A stretch of DNA of 64,000 nucleotides from Candidatus Electryonea clarkiae (lineage in GTDB: Bacteria; Electryoneota; Electryoneia; Electryoneales; Electryoneaceae): the NCBI GenBank assembly GCA_030765455.1, contig JAVCCM010000059.1, positions 6,667-70,666 on the forward strand, read 5' to 3'. Under the pieces are notes generated by a model. The model was given only the letters and a program-made list of their open reading frames with translations. It made no database searches and was not told where the DNA came from. The translations under genes and the position numbers were made by a program. Below are positions 1 to 7,924 of this stretch, one piece after another; positions within the stretch are counted from its first letter, which is position 1, and each line of letters starts with the position of its first letter.

Positions 1-197
1 GCCGTGGAATGGATGTTACAGACGTTGACGTGGAAACCACTAATGATGGTAATGAACGCAGGGTCGAAATTAGAGTAATGAAAGAACTGGAAGAAGGTGA
101 AGAATTGGAATGCCCCGAAATCACTCTTGATCTTGAAGAAGGTCAGGAAGGAAGAAGGATTATCCGGAGGGAAATCAGGGAGGATTGCGAAGAATAG
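1..197 (+). CDS. 3' end of a hypothetical acidic protein (partial, enters from the window edge)
   Basis: Frame open from the edge to TAG at 195-197; Glu-rich; followed by a terminator hairpin. Confidence 0.6.
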   Translation, partial: RGMDVTDVDVETTNDGNERRVEIRVMKELEEGEELECPEITLDLEEGQEGRRIIRREIREDCEE

Positions 198-228
198 AAA
201 AATTTAATTGCATTAAAAAACATATTGT

Positions 229-262
229 AAAAGCCCGGATTCCGAAAATTCCGGGCTTTTTA
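229..262 (+). terminator. Intrinsic terminator, probably bidirectional
   Basis: AAAAGCCCGGA...TCCGGGCTTTT stem with A and T tails between convergent genes. Confidence 0.7.
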
Positions 263-285
263 TTTATCTCTTTAATAATATGATA

Positions 286-431
286 CTAGTACTCCAGTTC
301 ACATGCTTTGGGGTGCACTGTCATTCTCGGGCTTGACCCGGGAATCCACCATTTACATTGAATCCGAGCATGGATTCCCGGGTCAAGCCCGAGAATGACA
401 ACCCCTCATAGTGAAGGAATCAATGTACTAG
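286..431. repeat. Doublet palindromic element (dRS3/RPE-like) inside a MITE-like shell
   Basis: Perfect 30-bp inverted repeat TGTCATTCTCGGGCTTGACCCGGGAATCCA at 319-348 and 371-400; outer CTAGTAC..TTCAC / GTGAA..GTACTAG. Confidence 0.85.
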
Positions 432-438
432 AATTCTA

Positions 439-1458
439 TTACTTCTTCAGTTTTTCTTCAATACGATCCAGTTGATACTGCGCTGCCTGCCTGTAGTCAC
501 GATGCTGGAGGGCTTTGTTGTATGCGCCTTTCGCTTCAGTCAGTTTGCCGGATTGTTCGTAAGCCCAACCTAATTCAAACCAGGCGGCGGCAAAGTTCTG
601 GCGATTTGCAATTGCAGACTGTGCCGATTGAATAGCATCACTGTACTTTGCAAGTTTGTTATTTGCCTCAGCAAGCGCTGTAAGATATTTATAATCAGTA
701 GGTTTTATTTCTGTTGCTTTTTTATATGCCTCTACAGCTTCAGCCCAGGAACCTTTCTGACCCAATGCTTTGCCTAAGTAATTGTAAGCTTCATCATTTC
801 TCGGATTCGCCATCACAGCTTGTTCATAAGCGCCAATAGCTTGTTCAAAATTCTTCTGACGGAAATATGCCAGCCCCATACCGCTGAATGCTTTGCTTTT
901 TTCCGCGTCCTGTATGTTTTCCAGCGCAATTGCCGATCTGAATGATTCCATTGCCTCATCAAACCGTTTCATCTTATTTAAAAGAAGACCACGAGCAATG
1001 TGTGCCTTGGAATAAGTGTTATCCAATTGAACAGCTTTTGAGTAGAATTCCAATGCCTTGTCGTATTTCTTTAACATTTGCATAGTCTGCCCAAGGCTGA
1101 AATATGCACGCTGCTCCAAAGGATTCAGTTTTATGGATTCCTCGAAAAGTTTCGCCGCCTCATCATACCTCCTCGCCCTCAACTTCTGGTTTCCTTCGTT
1201 GTACTTGGCGATTGATCGTGATTTAGCTTCTTTGTCAGCCTGCAAGGCATTCATCAGCTTTTCAATTTCAGCTTTTAATACCTCCCACTTAGACATTAAC
1301 TGATTGTATTCATCTTCGTTGGCTGCATCCTTCATCTTCTCGGTAAGTTTATCAAGGGCGGCCATCTTTTCTTCGATTTCAGGTGTTTGCGCCATAACCT
1401 GGCAGGCAAGGAAGATCACCAATAGAAAAGTCAGGAATAGTTTTGTTCGATTCATCAT
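439..1458 (-). CDS. Exported tetratricopeptide repeat protein
   Basis: Signal peptide, coiled-coil segment, then about 7 TPR units (e.g. AYFSLGQTMQMLKKYDKALEFYSKAVQLD). Confidence 0.85.
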   Translation of the reverse strand: MMNRTKLFLTFLLVIFLACQVMAQTPEIEEKMAALDKLTEKMKDAANEDEYNQLMSKWEVLKAEIEKLMNALQADKEAKSRSIAKYNEGNQKLRARRYDEAAKLFEESIKLNPLEQRAYFSLGQTMQMLKKYDKALEFYSKAVQLDNTYSKAHIARGLLLNKMKRFDEAMESFRSAIALENIQDAEKSKAFSGMGLAYFRQKNFEQAIGAYEQAVMANPRNDEAYNYLGKALGQKGSWAEAVEAYKKATEIKPTDYKYLTALAEANNKLAKYSDAIQSAQSAIANRQNFAAAWFELGWAYEQSGKLTEAKGAYNKALQHRDYRQAAQYQLDRIEEKLKK

Positions 1459-1985
1459 TGTTATGCTTACCTCTTCTCGTTCATCAAATAATTCGTAAAT
1501 ATAGAAGGGTAGTGAAAAGCTCGCAACCTAAAAATTTGCTCAAAATGTAAAATGCACTCTAAATAGTAGTTGATGGCTTTCACGTGAATATTGGACAATT
1601 GGCACTTTTTCGTGTCATTCCATAACAGAACATATAAAGCATAGACTGCACACTATCTATTAACCGACATTTCAGATAAACGAAATTGAGATAGAGTAAC
1701 TATTTGTTATTAATAATATAATCAAATACTCTGTTTGTCTGAATGAAGCAAAACTATGCAGCGATAAATGATCAATAGACATAATTGATACTACTTCTTT
1801 TTCCTCCATTCATTACCGTAAATCGCCCAAAGAAAACTGTAACTTAAACGACTCACAATTTAATAAAATATCGGCTTGTTTGTATGAATATCAACATTTT
1901 ACGAGTTGGTATAATCATTGCTTTATACTAATTGCAGGACAAGTGTGGCAGCACTAATACTACAAAATACATGTAAGGAGACGAC

Positions 1986-3038
1986 ATGCCGGCAGAACAA
2001 ACAGGTATGGTAGGCGAAAAAACCGATCCTACTCGAGAAACCCGAAAACCAACCCGAAAAAGACCACCGAGGAAAGATTCTTCTCAGCAATCTCGGCCAA
2101 AAAGTGACGGTGTAGAAATCTCAAAAGATGGAAAAGATGCGTCACGCGCAGAAGAGGCAGCTCGAAGGAAAGCTGAAGCTGAAAGACGTCAATCTGGAGA
2201 AGCTGACAAGAAAGAACCTAATCAGAGTAAAGAGTCAGCACGCGACACTGAAACCAGAGAAGCAAAAGAGAAAGAAGCAGCCAAGAGAAGAGCTGAAGCA
2301 GAAAAGCGTCAATCAAAAGAAGCCGACAAGAAAGAATCTAATCAGAGTAAAGAGTCAGCACGCGACTCTGAAACCAGGGAAGCAAGAGAGAAAGAAGCAG
2401 CCAAGAGAAGAGCTGAAGCCAAAAGACGTCAATCTGGAGAAGGTGACAAGAAAGAAACCAGTCAGAGTAAAGAATCGTCTCGTGATGCTGACGCCGGCAA
2501 AGCAAGAGAAAAAGAAGCTGCAATAAGAAAAACCGAAGCGGAAAAGCGGCAATCAAAAGAAGTTGACAAGAAAGATTCCAATCAGAGTAAAGAGTCATCG
2601 CGAGATTCTAAAACAAGAGAAACAAAAGAAAAGCAAGTAGCCCAGAGAAGAGTTGAGGCTAAAAAGCAAAAAGCACAGGAATCAAAACAGAATGAACTTT
2701 CACAGAAGAAAGTCAAAGAACATAATACTAAGCCACTTGAATCCAGGACTAAAGATGTAGAACGGCACAATAGTGAGGCAGATGAAGCGCGGCAAAAAAT
2801 GAAGGAAATTAAACGCAGGAATGAAAAAGCTGATTCGAAACAGTCGGACAGAAAGAAAACTTCACGAAGGGGAGATTCTAACCGCGGCGAAAAGTCGGAG
2901 AGACAGGAGAGGAAACAGCGTCCCTCAAACAGGCGGCAAATGGAACGAGCGTCAAGAAATTATCAGAGCAATTCCAACTCTAAACCTTCACAAGGTTCAG
3001 ATCAGATGCAAAGTACGCTGCTTTCCCTTGTACGATAA
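1986..3038 (+). CDS. Highly charged, low-complexity protein with 40-aa repeats
   Basis: AAGGAG RBS upstream of ATG; K/E/R/S/Q-rich; no hydrophobic segment; terminator downstream. Confidence 0.7.
   Translation: MPAEQTGMVGEKTDPTRETRKPTRKRPPRKDSSQQSRPKSDGVEISKDGKDASRAEEAARRKAEAERRQSGEADKKEPNQSKESARDTETREAKEKEAAKRRAEAEKRQSKEADKKESNQSKESARDSETREAREKEAAKRRAEAKRRQSGEGDKKETSQSKESSRDADAGKAREKEAAIRKTEAEKRQSKEVDKKDSNQSKESSRDSKTRETKEKQVAQRRVEAKKQKAQESKQNELSQKKVKEHNTKPLESRTKDVERHNSEADEARQKMKEIKRRNEKADSKQSDRKKTSRRGDSNRGEKSERQERKQRPSNRRQMERASRNYQSNSNSKPSQGSDQMQSTLLSLVR
2150..2670 (+). repeat. Coding tandem repeat, 120-bp period, about 4.3 copies
   Basis: TCAGAGTAAAGA recurs at 2222, 2342, 2462 and 2582. 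Confidence 0.9.
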
Positions 3039-3094
3039 AAAATACACAGAATTTGACAATATCAAGAAATTCTACTGCATATTCAAATCTTACT

Positions 3095-3124
3095 CAACCC
3101 GGGACTTTCCCGGGTTGTTTTTTT
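3095..3124 (+). terminator. Intrinsic terminator
   Basis: CAACCCGGGA-ctt-TCCCGGGTTG followed by T7. Confidence 0.8.
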
Positions 3125-3191
3125 CACGCAAAGACGCAAAGGCGCTAAGAAGAAATCCTGTGTATTCTATATATCCTTGTATCCTGTAATC
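3124..3191 (+). repeat. Two-part intergenic repeat: (ACGCAAAG)n + (ATCCTGT..)n
   Basis: TCACGCAAAGACGCAAAGGCGCTAAG then ATCCTGT...ATCCTTGTATCCTGTAATC; similar to the reverse complement of 58896-58975. Confidence 0.7.
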
Positions 3192-3233
3192 TTATATTTT
3201 TTGTTGTCCCAAGTTAGCTCTAAAAGTGTAAAT

Positions 3234-5483
3234 TTATTTGATAAGTACTGCTTTTATAATATATGATTCTTTTCTTGAAGAGAACCTGACGAGGTACATC
3301 CCTGTCGCAAATGAATTAAAGTCCAGGCTGATCTCAGAATTTCCGGCTTCGATATTCTTTCCTGAAATTGACTTTACCAGTTGACCTCCAAGATTGAATA
3401 TATCAATACTAATCTCTTCACTTCCGGGAATGCCAACTTTGAAATAAGCTGACGAATTAAATGGATTCGGATAAGGACCATTTACTGTAAAATGTTCCGG
3501 CAACTCTGGTTCTTGTATCTCGTCCCTTACTCCTAAATATTCTGCATCATAAGGAAACGCACCCACGTCCGTCCGGCTTCCGTCAGGATCATTCAGAGAT
3601 TCCGGGTCACCTGCATCTATTAACGGACTAATTGATCGCAAATGAAAATCCCCGTTTTCAACATCTACACACAATGGATCAGCACTGAAAACACCCTCTC
3701 CGCGTTCAACAAAATAACCCCAGGGATTTTCAGTAGTTGTACCGTAAGTCCCGCTATATTTAACACTAAGTGAATCTCCGCTGCCATTAAAAACTGTGCG
3801 GTATGATCCAAGAAAAAAGCTGTTATTAATAATCGCATTACCATTGCAGTATAACGCTGTCTGACGGTTATCCTCCTCGCGTGCTGAAAAGACTACATGA
3901 TCAAGGGATGCTGAATTCTGTAGTGTCATTCTTCCTTCAACAACTGTATGTGATATATCGATCCGGGCATTACGGTTCTCTGACCGGATCACAAAGTTAC
4001 CTTCAAAGCGGCAATTTTCTGTTACCGGTTGATCGCCGTTGATCATAGTCAGGTTCATCTCACCCCGGCTGCGGATTACAACATTCCGCAGGATGGCAGG
4101 TACTTCGTATTCACCACCATTGAGTGTTAATTCAACATAGTCCCATTCTTCATCTTCCATCAAAACCGGGTAATCACGATCATCCCATCGATGATTATAA
4201 GGCCGAAAAGCGCTATACGGTTCTTCATCTTCGACAATTATCCTGACAGGATTATTTTCTTCACCTATCAGGCTTATTGGTGATGAGAAATAATTCCTGA
4301 TCCTGTTTTCGTCGTTAAGAATGATCTCAGTTCCGGCTCCGACAATCAACCTCTGAGTTGGTTCAAGCACAATGGGCTCATCTACCACTACTCTTCTGTT
4401 TCGCCATAAGAGTGTATCGAACTCTTGAAGATTGGTTCCGGGCGAATGTTCAATATTATTCAACCAACGGAAGTCATAATTGTAATCCCTGGAATATCCG
4501 GTACCCGCGCAGTTTGATCTGTGTACATAACCTCGGCGGGTTTGTGCGAGAGCGCCCCTAAAATAAATTGAGCCTCTTTCATCTGTCTCGCCTGCATGTT
4601 CTCCATTACCATCGCACCAGATATATGTATCCCAGGCGTCGTTTTGGTCTTCAAATGTGAAAGATTCATTGTAACATTGAATGGCTGCAGTAATGATAAT
4701 ATGTCGCCGGTCATGCCCCCCAGGACCACCCCCTCCATTCCCTCTTCCATTTTCGTCTGTATCGGCAATTACAACATTCCCGCCACTTAAAATATTCAGG
4801 TAATGTGGAAAATCACTCGGAAAACTATCGGGAAATGTGTTTGCGTTGTAACCAGCATAAATAATATTATCTATTAGCCTGATATTTTGTGTGCATGCAA
4901 TCGCTGTCTTGCCTGCCACATTTTCACCGGATAGTTCGAGTTCACCATCATGGTAAATTGTAACCCAGTCACCGCCATAGGGAATAGTTGTCTGATCAAC
5001 CAGGTAATCCGTATTATAGGGAGTACCATCGAGCCAGCGTTCCATTAACCAACCATCCTCTTCTGCGGTCAGACGTCCTTCGAGACGAGGCTCTTCAGAT
5101 GTAAAATAATTGCCTTGTTCTTCAGCTCGCAGCGCATTTATTTCAAGAACTGTATTCAGCAAGCCAAAGTAAACATGAGGAACATCAACCCATGGCTCGT
5201 AAGCAAACCATGCGTTCCGATAATTCAATTCTGACTGTGATGTAGAAACCTGTCCAAAGAAATTACCTCCCCGAATGCCGAGATTATCATTACAGTGAAT
5301 AGCTCCATAATGATCACCTTGCCAGAACCACATTATTTCATTGAACATAGACGTTTCACTGTTACTAATATACATATAATCAGTAAAATAACTGAACTGC
5401 ATCTGTGCTGAGGTAATCTGAGGTAACAAGACAACTACAAGAATTACGATCAGAACAACTGATTTGCATTTCCTAATCATCAT
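3234..5483 (-). CDS. Secreted protein: PilX/DUF4900-like domain + beta-helix + T9SS-type C-terminal domain (paralog 3)
   Basis: Signal peptide; YFTDYMYISN..WFW..G.IHCN; GALAQTRRGYVHRS..TGYSRDYNYD; DFHL..SPLIDAG cap; GPYPNPFNS tail. Confidence 0.75.
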   Translation of the reverse strand: MMIRKCKSVVLIVILVVVLLPQITSAQMQFSYFTDYMYISNSETSMFNEIMWFWQGDHYGAIHCNDNLGIRGGNFFGQVSTSQSELNYRNAWFAYEPWVDVPHVYFGLLNTVLEINALRAEEQGNYFTSEEPRLEGRLTAEEDGWLMERWLDGTPYNTDYLVDQTTIPYGGDWVTIYHDGELELSGENVAGKTAIACTQNIRLIDNIIYAGYNANTFPDSFPSDFPHYLNILSGGNVVIADTDENGRGNGGGGPGGHDRRHIIITAAIQCYNESFTFEDQNDAWDTYIWCDGNGEHAGETDERGSIYFRGALAQTRRGYVHRSNCAGTGYSRDYNYDFRWLNNIEHSPGTNLQEFDTLLWRNRRVVVDEPIVLEPTQRLIVGAGTEIILNDENRIRNYFSSPISLIGEENNPVRIIVEDEEPYSAFRPYNHRWDDRDYPVLMEDEEWDYVELTLNGGEYEVPAILRNVVIRSRGEMNLTMINGDQPVTENCRFEGNFVIRSENRNARIDISHTVVEGRMTLQNSASLDHVVFSAREEDNRQTALYCNGNAIINNSFFLGSYRTVFNGSGDSLSVKYSGTYGTTTENPWGYFVERGEGVFSADPLCVDVENGDFHLRSISPLIDAGDPESLNDPDGSRTDVGAFPYDAEYLGVRDEIQEPELPEHFTVNGPYPNPFNSSAYFKVGIPGSEEISIDIFNLGGQLVKSISGKNIEAGNSEISLDFNSFATGMYLVRFSSRKESYIIKAVLIK

Positions 5484-5526
5484 TTATCCTCCTATGCCTC
5501 GATTTCAATACTTTGTATCTTGTTTC

Positions 5527-5552
5527 CTTTGCGCCTTTGCGTCTTTGCGTGA
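5527..5552 (-). repeat. (ACGCAAAG)x3 octamer run
   Basis: CTTTGCGCCTTTGCGTCTTTGCGTGA, about 10 nt past the stop of paralog 2. Confidence 0.7.
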
Positions 5553-5562
5553 AACATTGTTT

Positions 5563-7827
5563 TTATTTTATCAAAACAGCTTTCACAATACGAGTGTGAT
5601 TTTCTGTTGAGAATTTAATTAAATAGATCCCAGTCGCGAATTCTTTTAAATCCACAGTAATTTCGTTGGTTCCTGCTCCGTGATTTTGGGGTGAAACTGA
5701 CCTGACAATCCGCCCCTCCAGATTGAAAATATCGACACTCAAATTCTCGTTCGCGGGAACCTCAACCCTGAATCGCGCTATCGAATTAAAAGGATTCGGA
5801 TAAGGACCGGACACGTCAAAACTGTGCGGGAGTTCCGGTTTAGTATTCTCCTCACCCACTCGCCAATATTCCGGATCATAAGGAAACACACCCACATCCG
5901 CCCTGCTGCCATCCGGATCATTCGGCGATTCCAGGTCTCCGGAATCGATCAAGGGACTGTTTGACCTGAGATGAAAATCCCCGCTGTCAGGATTTACAAA
6001 CAGGGGATCAGCAATGAAAATACCCTCTCCCCGCTCCACAAAATAACCCCAGGGTTCACGAGCAGTGCTGCCGAAAGTGCCGCAGTATGAAGCGTAATGT
6101 TCATCGGGATGTCCGCTGAAAACAGTACGGTATTCTCCAAGGAAAAAGCTGTTACGGACTGTCGCCGGGCGCGGGCAGTATAAAGCAGTTTCATGATCAT
6201 CATCCTCGCCGGCTAAAAACACAACATGATCTAACCTCACCTCATTTTCAACACGCATCCTTCCAATTACAGATGTGCGAAGAATATTTAATCTTTGATT
6301 ATCATCTTCCAGTTCAAGTTGAAACTGCCCTTCCAATTGACAGTTTTCAATCGCTGCACGAGTATCTTGTTCTTTCATTACCCATTCAACTCTACCATTC
6401 GATATGATCTTTGAATTTCGCAATATTGATGGTGTAAATAATTCACCGCTATTCATCTCGATTTCTACATAATCCCACTGATCATCCGTAATGAAATCAT
6501 AATTAACCGGGTATCTCCACCATTCGGGATATGCAGTAAATGGCGCAATATCTTCTTCATCTTCGATAATAATCCTTACCGGTCTGTCCTCCTCGCCATT
6601 GATTTGAAAACCCGCAAGATATTGTACATCCAATCGAAGCCCATCTCGAAAAATCAAGGTTGTTCCGGGACCAATGGTTAATTCAGTCCATGTATGGAAC
6701 CCCGGTCCCTGTCCGTACCGTTCGAATATTATCGTAGTATCCTCCCAGACAGCTTGAGGATTATCCCAGCGAAGGTCTCCAATTCCAGCAGGTCCTACGC
6801 CGTACAAACGTTCATCATAAGTGTAATTCGTTGCGTATCCGGTACCGCTGCAATTCGAACGATGGACGTATCCTCTCCTGTATTGAGTTAATGATCCATG
6901 CAGGAAAATAGAACCTCGCTCATCAGCTTCTCCGCAATGTTCACCGGGGCAAGCGCAGAATATGTAATGATCCCATGTATCATTCTGATCTTCTATCAGG
7001 AAAGATTCACCTTCAGTCTGCATAGAGGCAGTGATGACAATATGTTTATTACTATGGTCTTCCCACTCACCAGTGGAGGCACCATTTCCTCTTCCATTGG
7101 CGCGTGTGTTTGCGACTATAATCCTGCTTTGACCATAAATATTAATAGAATTCTCGCTTTCTTCCGGTATCAGCCAGGTAGAAGTGTCAACGTCAGCGAC
7201 CATGACATTATCAAGCAAACGTATATTTTCAGTAGCTGTTATCGCGGTCTTGCCCCTGATGCCTTCCCCACTTATTTCAAGCGCACCGTCAAAGTAGATG
7301 ACATTCCAGTCCTCATCCGAATATCCTATAATTTGTATATCTTCAAGGAATTGTGGTGAATATGGAGTGGCGTGTCGCCAACGTTCTAACAGCCATCCAG
7401 CCTGGATTCCGGTCAGGCGACCCTGGAGGCGTGGATCTTCAGAGGTTAAATATGTACCAAGTTCATGTGCTCGTTCATTATAATACTGTTCCAGGTCGGT
7501 GAAACCGATATATACATGCGGAACATTGAATTGAGGATCGTAGGCGAAATAAGCCTGCCGAGGTCCTTCAATAAAACGACTCGCAGTGGAACTTACCTGA
7601 CCATAAAATCGAGGTGCGTTACGGATGCCAATCATAGAATTTGAATGAACATTTCCATACAATGTATCAGGTGTCCAGAACCAGATAATTTCATTTCTTA
7701 ACGTCATCTCTTGATTCGTCAGATATAAATAATCAGTGAAATAACGCATGGGTCGTGGTTGGGAGAATGATATTGAAACGGTTAGAAATAAAAATATCCC
7801 AACAGCCAAAGTCCTGAAAATGCGCAC
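5563..7827 (-). CDS. Secreted protein: PilX/DUF4900-like domain + beta-helix + T9SS-type C-terminal domain (paralog 2)
   Basis: Same motifs as its neighbours; GTG start at 7827 chosen because AAGGAG lies 6 nt upstream (ORF track start is 7842). Confidence 0.75.
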   Translation of the reverse strand: MRIFRTLAVGIFLFLTVSISFSQPRPMRYFTDYLYLTNQEMTLRNEIIWFWTPDTLYGNVHSNSMIGIRNAPRFYGQVSSTASRFIEGPRQAYFAYDPQFNVPHVYIGFTDLEQYYNERAHELGTYLTSEDPRLQGRLTGIQAGWLLERWRHATPYSPQFLEDIQIIGYSDEDWNVIYFDGALEISGEGIRGKTAITATENIRLLDNVMVADVDTSTWLIPEESENSINIYGQSRIIVANTRANGRGNGASTGEWEDHSNKHIVITASMQTEGESFLIEDQNDTWDHYIFCACPGEHCGEADERGSIFLHGSLTQYRRGYVHRSNCSGTGYATNYTYDERLYGVGPAGIGDLRWDNPQAVWEDTTIIFERYGQGPGFHTWTELTIGPGTTLIFRDGLRLDVQYLAGFQINGEEDRPVRIIIEDEEDIAPFTAYPEWWRYPVNYDFITDDQWDYVEIEMNSGELFTPSILRNSKIISNGRVEWVMKEQDTRAAIENCQLEGQFQLELEDDNQRLNILRTSVIGRMRVENEVRLDHVVFLAGEDDDHETALYCPRPATVRNSFFLGEYRTVFSGHPDEHYASYCGTFGSTAREPWGYFVERGEGIFIADPLFVNPDSGDFHLRSNSPLIDSGDLESPNDPDGSRADVGVFPYDPEYWRVGEENTKPELPHSFDVSGPYPNPFNSIARFRVEVPANENLSVDIFNLEGRIVRSVSPQNHGAGTNEITVDLKEFATGIYLIKFSTENHTRIVKAVLIK

Positions 7828-7867
7828 AGCACACTCCTTCAAACGGATTCAGCGGGGATGCTTTTCC

Positions 7868-7915
7868 AATTAAGAATTATGAATTTTTTCTTTGCGACTT
7901 CGCGTCTTGGCGCGA
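7868..7915 (-). repeat. AATTAAG heptamer run next to a degenerate (ACGCAAAG) octamer run
   Basis: AATTAAGAATTATGAATT then CTTTGCGACTTCGCGTCTTGGCGCGA, just past the stop of paralog 1. Confidence 0.55.
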
Positions 7916-7924
7916 ATTAGAATA

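Noticed and set aside
2150-2670. Regularly spaced repeats as a CRISPR array
   Set aside because: The whole 120-bp unit is similar between copies, there are no unique spacers, and it is in frame within a CDS.
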